A stretch of DNA of 35,614 bases from Naegleria gruberi (lineage: Eukaryota). Under the pieces are notes generated by a model. The model had not been told where the DNA came from and searched no databases. It worked only from the letters and a program-made list of their open reading frames with translations. Location of the stretch: NCBI GenBank assembly GCA_000004985.1, contig GG738947.1; one strand, 5' to 3'. This document shows positions 9,901 through 21,900 of the stretch, one piece after another (the stretch's first letter is position 1; every line of letters begins with the position of its first letter). The position numbers and the translations under genes were made by a program.

Positions 9901-12900
9901 NNNNNNNNNNNNNNNNNNNNNNNNNNNNNNNNNNNNNNNNNNNNNNNNNNNNNNNNNNNNNNNNNNNNNNNNNNNNNNNNNNNNNNNNNNNNNNNNNNNN
10001 NNNNNNNNNNNNNNNNNNNNNNNNNNNNNNNNNNNNNNNNNNNNNNNNNNNNNNNNNNNNNNNNNNNNNNNNNNNNNNNNNNNNNNNNNNNNNNNNNNNN
10101 NNNNNNNNNNNNNNNNNNNNNNNNNNNNNNNNNNNNNNNNNNNNNNNNNNNNNNNNNNNNNNNNNNNNNNNNNNNNNNNNNNNNNNNNNNNNNNNNNNNN
10201 NNNNNNNNNNNNNNNNNNNNNNNNNNNNNNNNNNNNNNNNNNNNNNNNNNNNNNNNNNNNNNNNNNNNNNNNNNNNNNNNNNNNNNNNNNNNNNNNNNNN
10301 NNNNNNNNNNNNNNNNNNNNNNNNNNNNNNNNNNNNNNNNNNNNNNNNNNNNNNNNNNNNNNNNNNNNNNNNNNNNNNNNNNNNNNNNNNNNNNNNNNNN
10401 NNNNNNNNNNNNNNNNNNNNNNNNNNNNNNNNNNNNNNNNNNNNNNNNNNNNNNNNNNNNNNNNNNNNNNNNNNNNNNNNNNNNNNNNNNNNNNNNNNNN
10501 NNNNNNNNNNNNNNNNNNNNNNNNNNNNNNNNNNNNNNNNNNNNNNNNNNNNNNNNNNNNNNNNNNNNNNNNNNNNNNNNNNNNNNNNNNNNNNNNNNNN
10601 NNNNNNNNNNNNNNNNNNNNNNNNNNNNNNNNNNNNNNNNNNNNNNNNNNNNNNNNNNNNNNNNNNNNNNNNNNNNNNNNNNNNNNNNNNNNNNNNNNNN
10701 NNNNNNNNNNNNNNNNNNNNNNNNNNNNNNNNNNNNNNNNNNNNNNNNNNNNNNNNNNNNNNNNNNNNNNNNNNNNNNNNNNNNNNNNNNNNNNNNNNNN
10801 NNNNNNNNNNNNNNNNNNNNNNNNNNNNNNNNNNNNNNNNNNNNNNNNNNNNNNNNNNNNNNNNNNNNNNNNNNNNNNNNNNNNNNNNNNNNNNNNNNNN
10901 NNNNNNNNNNNNNNNNNNNNNNNNNNNNNNNNNNNNNNNNNNNNNNNNNNNNNNNNNNNNNNNNNNNNNNNNNNNNNNNNNNNNNNNNNNNNNNNNNNNN
11001 NNNNNNNNNNNNNNNNNNNNNNNNNNNNNNNNNNNNNNNNNNNNNNNNNNNNNNNNNNNNNNNNNNNNNNNNNNNNNNNNNNNNNNNNNNNNNNNNNNNN
11101 NNNNNNNNNNNNNNNNNNNNNNNNNNNNNNNNNNNNNNNNNNNNNNNNNNNNNNNNNNNNNNNNNNNNNNNNNNNNNNNNNNNNNNNNNNNNNNNNNNNN
11201 NNNNNNNNNNNNNNNNNNNNNNNNNNNNNNNNNNNNNNNNNNNNNNNNNNNNNNNNNNNNNNNNNNNNNNNNNNNNNNNNNNNNNNNNNNNNNNNNNNNN
11301 NNNNNNNNNNNNNNNNNNNNNNNNNNNNNNNNNNNNNNNNNNNNNNNNNNNNNNNNNNNNNNNNNNNNNNNNNNNNNNNNNNNNNNNNNNNNNNNNNNNN
11401 NNNNNNNNNNNNNNNNNNNNNNNNNNNNNNNNNNNNNNNNNNNNNNNNNNNNNNNNNNNNNNNNNNNNNNNNNNNNNNNNNNNNNNNNNNNNNNNNNNNN
11501 NNNNNNNNNNNNNNNNNNNNNNNNNNNNNNNNNNNNNNNNNNNNNNNNNNNNNNNNNNNNNNNNNNNNNNNNNNNNNNNNNNNNNNNNNNNNNNNNNNNN
11601 NNNNNNNNNNNNNNNNNNNNNNNNNNNNNNNNNNNNNNNNNNNNNNNNNNNNNNNNNNNNNNNNNNNNNNNNNNNNNNNNNNNNNNNNNNNNNNNNNNNN
11701 NNNNNNNNNNNNNNNNNNNNNNNNNNNNNNNNNNNNNNNNNNNNNNNNNNNNNNNNNNNNNNNNNNNNNNNNNNNNNNNNNNNNNNNNNNNNNNNNNNNN
11801 NNNNNNNNNNNNNNNNNNNNNNNNNNNNNNNNNNNNNNNNNNNNNNNNNNNNNNNNNNNNNNNNNNNNNNNNNNNNNNNNNNNNNNNNNNNNNNNNNNNN
11901 NNNNNNNNNNNNNNNNNNNNNNNNNNNNNNNNNNNNNNNNNNNNNNNNNNNNNNNNNNNNNNNNNNNNNNNNNNNNNNNNNNNNNNNNNNNNNNNNNNNN
12001 NNNNNNNNNNNNNNNNNNNNNNNNNNNNNNNNNNNNNNNNNNNNNNNNNNNNNNNNNNNNNNNNNNNNNNNNNNNNNNNNNNNNNNNNNNNNNNNNNNNN
12101 NNNNNNNNNNNNNNNNNNNNNNNNNNNNNNNNNNNNNNNNNNNNNNNNNNNNNNNNNNNNNNNNNNNNNNNNNNNNNNNNNNNNNNNNNNNNNNNNNNNN
12201 NNNNNNNNNNNNNNNNNNNNNNNNNNNNNNNNNNNNNNNNNNNNNNNNNNNNNNNNNNNNNNNNNNNNNNNNNNNNNNNNNNNNNNNNNNNNNNNNNNNN
12301 NNNNNNNNNNNNNNNNNNNNNNNNNNNNNNNNNNNNNNNNNNNNNNNNNNNNNNNNNNNNNNNNNNNNNNNNNNNNNNNNNNNNNNNNNNNNNNNNNNNN
12401 NNNNNNNNNNNNNNNNNNNNNNNNNNNNNNNNNNNNNNNNNNNNNNNNNNNNNNNNNNNNNNNNNNNNNNNNNNNNNNNNNNNNNNNNNNNNNNNNNNNN
12501 NNNNNNNNNNNNNNNNNNNNNNNNNNNNNNNNNNNNNNNNNNNNNNNNNNNNNNNNNNNNNNNNNNNNNNNNNNNNNNNNNNNNNNNNNNNNNNNNNNNN
12601 NNNNNNNNNNNNNNNNNNNNNNNNNNNNNNNNNNNNNNNNNNNNNNNNNNNNNNNNNNNNNNNNNNNNNNNNNNNNNNNNNNNNNNNNNNNNNNNNNNNN
12701 NNNNNNNNNNNNNNNNNNNNNNNNNNNNNNNNNNNNNNNNNNNNNNNNNNNNNNNNNNNNNNNNNNNNNNNNNNNNNNNNNNNNNNNNNNNNNNNNNNNN
12801 NNNNNNNNNNNNNNNNNNNNNNNNNNNNNNNNNNNNNNNNNNNNNNNNNNNNNNNNNNNNNNNNNNNNNNNNNNNNNNNNNNNNNNNNNNNNNNNNNNNN

Positions 12901-15900
12901 NNNNNNNNNNNNNNNNNNNNNNNNNNNNNNNNNNNNNNNNNNNNNNNNNNNNNNNNNNNNNNNNNNNNNNNNNNNNNNNNNNNNNNNNNNNNNNNNNNNN
13001 NNNNNNNNNNNNNNNNNNNNNNNNNNNNNNNNNNNNNNNNNNNNNNNNNNNNNNNNNNNNNNNNNNNNNNNNNNNNNNNNNNNNNNNNNNNNNNNNNNNN
13101 NNNNNNNNNNNNNNNNNNNNNNNNNNNNNNNNNNNNNNNNNNNNNNNNNNNNNNNNNNNNNNNNNNNNNNNNNNNNNNNNNNNNNNNNNNNNNNNNNNNN
13201 NNNNNNNNNNNNNNNNNNNNNNNNNNNNNNNNNNNNNNNNNNNNNNNNNNNNNNNNNNNNNNNNNNNNNNNNNNNNNNNNNNNNNNNNNNNNNNNNNNNN
13301 NNNNNNNNNNNNNNNNNNNNNNNNNNNNNNNNNNNNNNNNNNNNNNNNNNNNNNNNNNNNNNNNNNNNNNNNNNNNNNNNNNNNNNNNNNNNNNNNNNNN
13401 NNNNNNNNNNNNNNNNNNNNNNNNNNNNNNNNNNNNNNNNNNNNNNNNNNNNNNNNNNNNNNNNNNNNNNNNNNNNNNNNNNNNNNNNNNNNNNNNNNNN
13501 NNNNNNNNNNNNNNNNNNNNNNNNNNNNNNNNNNNNNNNNNNNNNNNNNNNNNNNNNNNNNNNNNNNNNNNNNNNNNNNNNNNNNNNNNNNNNNNNNNNN
13601 NNNNNNNNNNNNNNNNNNNNNNNNNNNNNNNNNNNNNNNNNNNNNNNNNNNNNNNNNNNNNNNNNNNNNNNNNNNNNNNNNNNNNNNNNNNNNNNNNNNN
13701 NNNNNNNNNNNNNNNNNNNNNNNNNNNNNNNNNNNNNNNNNNNNNNNNNNNNNNNNNNNNNNNNNNNNNNNNNNNNNNNNNNNNNNNNNNNNNNNNNNNN
13801 NNNNNNNNNNNNNNNNNNNNNNNNNNNNNNNNNNNNNNNNNNNNNNNNNNNNNNNNNNNNNNNNNNNNNNNNNNNNNNNNNNNNNNNNNNNNNNNNNNNN
13901 NNNNNNNNNNNNNNNNNNNNNNNNNNNNNNNNNNNNNNNNNNNNNNNNNNNNNNNNNNNNNNNNNNNNNNNNNNNNNNNNNNNNNNNNNNNNNNNNNNNN
14001 NNNNNNNNNNNNNNNNNNNNNNNNNNNNNNNNNNNNNNNNNNNNNNNNNNNNNNNNNNNNNNNNNNNNNNNNNNNNNNNNNNNNNNNNNNNNNNNNNNNN
14101 NNNNNNNNNNNNNNNNNNNNNNNNNNNNNNNNNNNNNNNNNNNNNNNNNNNNNNNNNNNNNNNNNNNNNNNNNNNNNNNNNNNNNNNNNNNNNNNNNNNN
14201 NNNNNNNNNNNNNNNNNNNNNNNNNNNNNNNNNNNNNNNNNNNNNNNNNNNNNNNNNNNNNNNNNNNNNNNNNNNNNNNNNNNNNNNNNNNNNNNNNNNN
14301 NNNNNNNNNNNNNNNNNNNNNNNNNNNNNNNNNNNNNNNNNNNNNNNNNNNNNNNNNNNNNNNNNNNNNNNNNNNNNNNNNNNNNNNNNNNNNNNNNNNN
14401 NNNNNNNNNNNNNNNNNNNNNNNNNNNNNNNNNNNNNNNNNNNNNNNNNNNNNNNNNNNNNNNNNNNNNNNNNNNNNNNNNNNNNNNNNNNNNNNNNNNN
14501 NNNNNNNNNNNNNNNNNNNNNNNNNNNNNNNNNNNNNNNNNNNNNNNNNNNNNNNNNNNNNNNNNNNNNNNNNNNNNNNNNNNNNNNNNNNNNNNNNNNN
14601 NNNNNNNNNNNNNNNNNNNNNNNNNNNNNNNNNNNNNNNNNNNNNNNNNNNNNNNNNNNNNNNNNNNNNNNNNNNNNNNNNNNNNNNNNNNNNNNNNNNN
14701 NNNNNNNNNNNNNNNNNNNNNNNNNNNNNNNNNNNNNNNNNNNNNNNNNNNNNNNNNNNNNNNNNNNNNNNNNNNNNNNNNNNNNNNNNNNNNNNNNNNN
14801 NNNNNNNNNNNNNNNNNNNNNNNNNNNNNNNNNNNNNNNNNNNNNNNNNNNNNNNNNNNNNNNNNNNNNNNNNNNNNNNNNNNNNNNNNNNNNNNNNNNN
14901 NNNNNNNNNNNNNNNNNNNNNNNNNNNNNNNNNNNNNNNNNNNNNNNNNNNNNNNNNNNNNNNNNNNNNNNNNNNNNNNNNNNNNNNNNNNNNNNNNNNN
15001 NNNNNNNNNNNNNNNNNNNNNNNNNNNNNNNNNNNNNNNNNNNNNNNNNNNNNNNNNNNNNNNNNNNNNNNNNNNNNNNNNNNNNNNNNNNNNNNNNNNN
15101 NNNNNNNNNNNNNNNNNNNNNNNNNNNNNNNNNNNNNNNNNNNNNNNNNNNNNNNNNNNNNNNNNNNNNNNNNNNNNNNNNNNNNNNNNNNNNNNNNNNN
15201 NNNNNNNNNNNNNNNNNNNNNNNNNNNNNNNNNNNNNNNNNNNNNNNNNNNNNNNNNNNNNNNNNNNNNNNNNNNNNNNNNNNNNNNNNNNNNNNNNNNN
15301 NNNNNNNNNNNNNNNNNNNNNNNNNNNNNNNNNNNNNNNNNNNNNNNNNNNNNNNNNNNNNNNNNNNNNNNNNNNNNNNNNNNNNNNNNNNNNNNNNNNN
15401 NNNNNNNNNNNNNNNNNNNNNNNNNNNNNNNNNNNNNNNNNNNNNNNNNNNNNNNNNNNNNNNNNNNNNNNNNNNNNNNNNNNNNNNNNNNNNNNNNNNN
15501 NNNNNNNNNNNNNNNNNNNNNNNNNNNNNNNNNNNNNNNNNNNNNNNNNNNNNNNNNNNNNNNNNNNNNNNNNNNNNNNNNNNNNNNNNNNNNNNNNNNN
15601 NNNNNNNNNNNNNNNNNNNNNNNNNNNNNNNNNNNNNNNNNNNNNNNNNNNNNNNNNNNNNNNNNNNNNNNNNNNNNNNNNNNNNNNNNNNNNNNNNNNN
15701 NNNNNNNNNNNNNNNNNNNNNNNNNNNNNNNNNNNNNNNNNNNNNNNNNNNNNNNNNNNNNNNNNNNNNNNNNNNNNNNNNNNNNNNNNNNNNNNNNNNN
15801 NNNNNNNNNNNNNNNNNNNNNNNNNNNNNNNNNNNNNNNNNNNNNNNNNNNNNNNNNNNNNNNNNNNNNNNNNNNNNNNNNNNNNNNNNNNNNNNNNNNN

Positions 15901-18900
15901 NNNNNNNNNNNNNNNNNNNNNNNNNNNNNNNNNNNNNNNNNNNNNNNNNNNNNNNNNNNNNNNNNNNNNNNNNNNNNNNNNNNNNNNNNNNNNNNNNNNN
16001 NNNNNNNNNNNNNNNNNNNNNNNNNNNNNNNNNNNNNNNNNNNNNNNNNNNNNNNNNNNNNNNNNNNNNNNNNNNNNNNNNNNNNNNNNNNNNNNNNNNN
16101 NNNNNNNNNNNNNNNNNNNNNNNNNNNNNNNNNNNNNNNNNNNNNNNNNNNNNNNNNNNNNNNNNNNNNNNNNNNNNNNNNNNNNNNNNNNNNNNNNNNN
16201 NNNNNNNNNNNNNNNNNNNNNNNNNNNNNNNNNNNNNNNNNNNNNNNNNNNNNNNNNNNNNNNNNNNNNNNNNNNNNNNNNNNNNNNNNNNNNNNNNNNN
16301 NNNNNNNNNNNNNNNNNNNNNNNNNNNNNNNNNNNNNNNNNNNNNNNNNNNNNNNNNNNNNNNNNNNNNNNNNNNNNNNNNNNNNNNNNNNNNNNNNNNN
16401 NNNNNNNNNNNNNNNNNNNNNNNNNNNNNNNNNNNNNNNNNNNNNNNNNNNNNNNNNNNNNNNNNNNNNNNNNNNNNNNNNNNNNNNNNNNNNNNNNNNN
16501 NNNNNNNNNNNNNNNNNNNNNNNNNNNNNNNNNNNNNNNNNNNNNNNNNNNNNNNNNNNNNNNNNNNNNNNNNNNNNNNNNNNNNNNNNNNNNNNNNNNN
16601 NNNNNNNNNNNNNNNNNNNNNNNNNNNNNNNNNNNNNNNNNNNNNNNNNNNNNNNNNNNNNNNNNNNNNNNNNNNNNNNNNNNNNNNNNNNNNNNNNNNN
16701 NNNNNNNNNNNNNNNNNNNNNNNNNNNNNNNNNNNNNNNNNNNNNNNNNNNNNNNNNNNNNNNNNNNNNNNNNNNNNNNNNNNNNNNNNNNNNNNNNNNN
16801 NNNNNNNNNNNNNNNNNNNNNNNNNNNNNNNNNNNNNNNNNNNNNNNNNNNNNNNNNNNNNNNNNNNNNNNNNNNNNNNNNNNNNNNNNNNNNNNNNNNN
16901 NNNNNNNNNNNNNNNNNNNNNNNNNNNNNNNNNNNNNNNNNNNNNNNNNNNNNNNNNNNNNNNNNNNNNNNNNNNNNNNNNNNNNNNNNNNNNNNNNNNN
17001 NNNNNNNNNNNNNNNNNNNNNNNNNNNNNNNNNNNNNNNNNNNNNNNNNNNNNNNNNNNNNNNNNNNNNNNNNNNNNNNNNNNNNNNNNNNNNNNNNNNN
17101 NNNNNNNNNNNNNNNNNNNNNNNNNNNNNNNNNNNNNNNNNNNNNNNNNNNNNNNNNNNNNNNNNNNNNNNNNNNNNNNNNNNNNNNNNNNNNNNNNNNN
17201 NNNNNNNNNNNNNNNNNNNNNNNNNNNNNNNNNNNNNNNNNNNNNNNNNNNNNNNNNNNNNNNNNNNNNNNNNNNNNNNNNNNNNNNNNNNNNNNNNNNN
17301 NNNNNNNNNNNNNNNNNNNNNNNNNNNNNNNNNNNNNNNNNNNNNNNNNNNNNNNNNNNNNNNNNNNNNNNNNNNNNNNNNNNNNNNNNNNNNNNNNNNN
17401 NNNNNNNNNNNNNNNNNNNNNNNNNNNNNNNNNNNNNNNNNNNNNNNNNNNNNNNNNNNNNNNNNNNNNNNNNNNNNNNNNNNNNNNNNNNNNNNNNNNN
17501 NNNNNNNNNNNNNNNNNNNNNNNNNNNNNNNNNNNNNNNNNNNNNNNNNNNNNNNNNNNNNNNNNNNNNNNNNNNNNNNNNNNNNNNNNNNNNNNNNNNN
17601 NNNNNNNNNNNNNNNNNNNNNNNNNNNNNNNNNNNNNNNNNNNNNNNNNNNNNNNNNNNNNNNNNNNNNNNNNNNNNNNNNNNNNNNNNNNNNNNNNNNN
17701 NNNNNNNNNNNNNNNNNNNNNNNNNNNNNNNNNNNNNNNNNNNNNNNNNNNNNNNNNNNNNNNNNNNNNNNNNNNNNNNNNNNNNNNNNNNNNNNNNNNN
17801 NNNNNNNNNNNNNNNNNNNNNNNNNNNNNNNNNNNNNNNNNNNNNNNNNNNNNNNNNNNNNNNNNNNNNNNNNNNNNNNNNNNNNNNNNNNNNNNNNNNN
17901 NNNNNNNNNNNNNNNNNNNNNNNNNNNNNNNNNNNNNNNNNNNNNNNNNNNNNNNNNNNNNNNNNNNNNNNNNNNNNNNNNNNNNNNNNNNNNNNNNNNN
18001 NNNNNNNNNNNNNNNNNNNNNNNNNNNNNNNNNNNNNNNNNNNNNNNNNNNNNNNNNNNNNNNNNNNNNNNNNNNNNNNNNNNNNNNNNNNNNNNNNNNN
18101 NNNNNNNNNNNNNNNNNNNNNNNNNNNNNNNNNNNNNNNNNNNNNNNNNNNNNNNNNNNNNNNNNNNNNNNNNNNNNNNNNNNNNNNNNNNNNNNNNNNN
18201 NNNNNNNNNNNNNNNNNNNNNNNNNNNNNNNNNNNNNNNNNNNNNNNNNNNNNNNNNNNNNNNNNNNNNNNNNNNNNNNNNNNNNNNNNNNNNNNNNNNN
18301 NNNNNNNNNNNNNNNNNNNNNNNNNNNNNNNNNNNNNNNNNNNNNNNNNNNNNNNNNNNNNNNNNNNNNNNNNNNNNNNNNNNNNNNNNNNNNNNNNNNN
18401 NNNNNNNNNNNNNNNNNNNNNNNNNNNNNNNNNNNNNNNNNNNNNNNNNNNNNNNNNNNNNNNNNNNNNNNNNNNNNNNNNNNNNNNNNNNNNNNNNNNN
18501 NNNNNNNNNNNNNNNNNNNNNNNNNNNNNNNNNNNNNNNNNNNNNNNNNNNNNNNNNNNNNNNNNNNNNNNNNNNNNNNNNNNNNNNNNNNNNNNNNNNN
18601 NNNNNNNNNNNNNNNNNNNNNNNNNNNNNNNNNNNNNNNNNNNNNNNNNNNNNNNNNNNNNNNNNNNNNNNNNNNNNNNNNNNNNNNNNNNNNNNNNNNN
18701 NNNNNNNNNNNNNNNNNNNNNNNNNNNNNNNNNNNNNNNNNNNNNNNNNNNNNNNNNNNNNNNNNNNNNNNNNNNNNNNNNNNNNNNNNNNNNNNNNNNN
18801 NNNNNNNNNNNNNNNNNNNNNNNNNNNNNNNNNNNNNNNNNNNNNNNNNNNNNNNNNNNNNNNNNNNNNNNNNNNNNNNNNNNNNNNNNNNNNNNNNNNN

Positions 18901-21900
18901 NNNNNNNNNNNNNNNNNNNNNNNNNNNNNNNNNNNNNNNNNNNNNNNNNNNNNNNNNNNNNNNNNNNNNNNNNNNNNNNNNNNNNNNNNNNNNNNNNNNN
19001 NNNNNNNNNNNNNNNNNNNNNNNNNNNNNNNNNNNNNNNNNNNNNNNNNNNNNNNNNNNNNNNNNNNNNNNNNNNNNNNNNNNNNNNNNNNNNNNNNNNN
19101 NNNNNNNNNNNNNNNNNNNNNNNNNNNNNNNNNNNNNNNNNNNNNNNNNNNNNNNNNNNNNNNNNNNNNNNNNNNNNNNNNNNNNNNNNNNNNNNNNNNN
19201 NNNNNNNNNNNNNNNNNNNNNNNNNNNNNNNNNNNNNNNNNNNNNNNNNNNNNNNNNNNNNNNNNNNNNNNNNNNNNNNNNNNNNNNNNNNNNNNNNNNN
19301 NNNNNNNNNNNNNNNNNNNNNNNNNNNNNNNNNNNNNNNNNNNNNNNNNNNNNNNNNNNNNNNNNNNNNNNNNNNNNNNNNNNNNNNNNNNNNNNNNNNN
19401 NNNNNNNNNNNNNNNNNNNNNNNNNNNNNNNNNNNNNNNNNNNNNNNNNNNNNNNNNNNNNNNNNNNNNNNNNNNNNNNNNNNNNNNNNNNNNNNNNNNN
19501 NNNNNNNNNNNNNNNNNNNNNNNNNNNNNNNNNNNNNNNNNNNNNNNNNNNNNNNNNNNNNNNNNNNNNNNNNNNNNNNNNNNNNNNNNNNNNNNNNNNN
19601 NNNNNNNNNNNNNNNNNNNNNNNNNNNNNNNNNNNNNNNNNNNNNNNNNNNNNNNNNNNNNNNNNNNNNNNNNNNNNNNNNNNNNNNNNNNNNNNNNNNN
19701 NNNNNNNNNNNNNNNNNNNNNNNNNNNNNNNNNNNNNNNNNNNNNNNNNNNNNNNNNNNNNNNNNNNNNNNNNNNNNNNNNNNNNNNNNNNNNNNNNNNN
19801 NNNNNNNNNNNNNNNNNNNNNNNNNNNNNNNNNNNNNNNNNNNNNNNNNNNNNNNNNNNNNNNNNNNNNNNNNNNNNNNNNNNNNNNNNNNNNNNNNNNN
19901 NNNNNNNNNNNNNNNNNNNNNNNNNNNNNNNNNNNNNNNNNNNNNNNNNNNNNNNNNNNNNNNNNNNNNNNNNNNNNNNNNNNNNNNNNNNNNNNNNNNN
20001 NNNNNNNNNNNNNNNNNNNNNNNNNNNNNNNNNNNNNNNNNNNNNNNNNNNNNNNNNNNNNNNNNNNNNNNNNNNNNNNNNNNNNNNNNNNNNNNNNNNN
20101 NNNNNNNNNNNNNNNNNNNNNNNNNNNNNNNNNNNNNNNNNNNNNNNNNNNNNNNNNNNNNNNNNNNNNNNNNNNNNNNNNNNNNNNNNNNNNNNNNNNN
20201 NNNNNNNNNNNNNNNNNNNNNNNNNNNNNNNNNNNNNNNNNNNNNNNNNNNNNNNNNNNNNNNNNNNNNNNNNNNNNNNNNNNNNNNNNNNNNNNNNNNN
20301 NNNNNNNNNNNNNNNNNNNNNNNNNNNNNNNNNNNNNNNNNNNNNNNNNNNNNNNNNNNNNNNNNNNNNNNNNNNNNNNNNNNNNNNNNNNNNNNNNNNN
20401 NNNNNNNNNNNNNNNNNNNNNNNNNNNNNNNNNNNNNNNNNNNNNNNNNNNNNNNNNNNNNNNNNNNNNNNNNNNNNNNNNNNNNNNNNNNNNNNNNNNN
20501 NNNNNNNNNNNNNNNNNNNNNNNNNNNNNNNNNNNNNNNNNNNNNNNNNNNNNNNNNNNNNNNNNNNNNNNNNNNNNNNNNNNNNNNNNNNNNNNNNNNN
20601 NNNNNNNNNNNNNNNNNNNNNNNNNNNNNNNNNNNNNNNNNNNNNNNNNNNNNNNNNNNNNNNNNNNNNNNNNNNNNNNNNNNNNNNNNNNNNNNNNNNN
20701 NNNNNNNNNNNNNNNNNNNNNNNNNNNNNNNNNNNNNNNNNNNNNNNNNNNNNNNNNNNNNNNNNNNNNNNNNNNNNNNNNNNNNNNNNNNNNNNNNNNN
20801 NNNNNNNNNNNNNNNNNNNNNNNNNNNNNNNNNNNNNNNNNNNNNNNNNNNNNNNNNNNNNNNNNNNNNNNNNNNNNNNNNNNNNNNNNNNNNNNNNNNN
20901 NNNNNNNNNNNNNNNNNNNNNNNNNNNNNNNNNNNNNNNNNNNNNNNNNNNNNNNNNNNNNNNNNNNNNNNNNNNNNNNNNNNNNNNNNNNNNNNNNNNN
21001 NNNNNNNNNNNNNNNNNNNNNNNNNNNNNNNNNNNNNNNNNNNNNNNNNNNNNNNNNNNNNNNNNNNNNNNNNNNNNNNNNNNNNNNNNNNNNNNNNNNN
21101 NNNNNNNNNNNNNNNNNNNNNNNNNNNNNNNNNNNNNNNNNNNNNNNNNNNNNNNNNNNNNNNNNNNNNNNNNNNNNNNNNNNNNNNNNNNNNNNNNNNN
21201 NNNNNNNNNNNNNNNNNNNNNNNNNNNNNNNNNNNNNNNNNNNNNNNNNNNNNNNNNNNNNNNNNNNNNNNNNNNNNNNNNNNNNNNNNNNNNNNNNNNN
21301 NNNNNNNNNNNNNNNNNNNNNNNNNNNNNNNNNNNNNNNNNNNNNNNNNNNNNNNNNNNNNNNNNNNNNNNNNNNNNNNNNNNNNNNNNNNNNNNNNNNN
21401 NNNNNNNNNNNNNNNNNNNNNNNNNNNNNNNNNNNNNNNNNNNNNNNNNNNNNNNNNNNNNNNNNNNNNNNNNNNNNNNNNNNNNNNNNNNNNNNNNNNN
21501 NNNNNNNNNNNNNNNNNNNNNNNNNNNNNNNNNNNNNNNNNNNNNNNNNNNNNNNNNNNNNNNNNNNNNNNNNNNNNNNNNNNNNNNNNNNNNNNNNNNN
21601 NNNNNNNNNNNNNNNNNNNNNNNNNNNNNNNNNNNNNNNNNNNNNNNNNNNNNNNNNNNNNNNNNNNNNNNNNNNNNNNNNNNNNNNNNNNNNNNNNNNN
21701 NNNNNNNNNNNNNNNNNNNNNNNNNNNNNNNNNNNNNNNNNNNNNNNNNNNNNNNNNNNNNNNNNNNNNNNNNNNNNNNNNNNNNNNNNNNNNNNNNNNN
21801 NNNNNNNNNNNNNNNNNNNNNNNNNNNNNNNNNNNNNNNNNNNNNNNNNNNNNNNNNNNNNNNNNNNNNNNNNNNNNNNNNNNNNNNNNNNNNNNNNNNN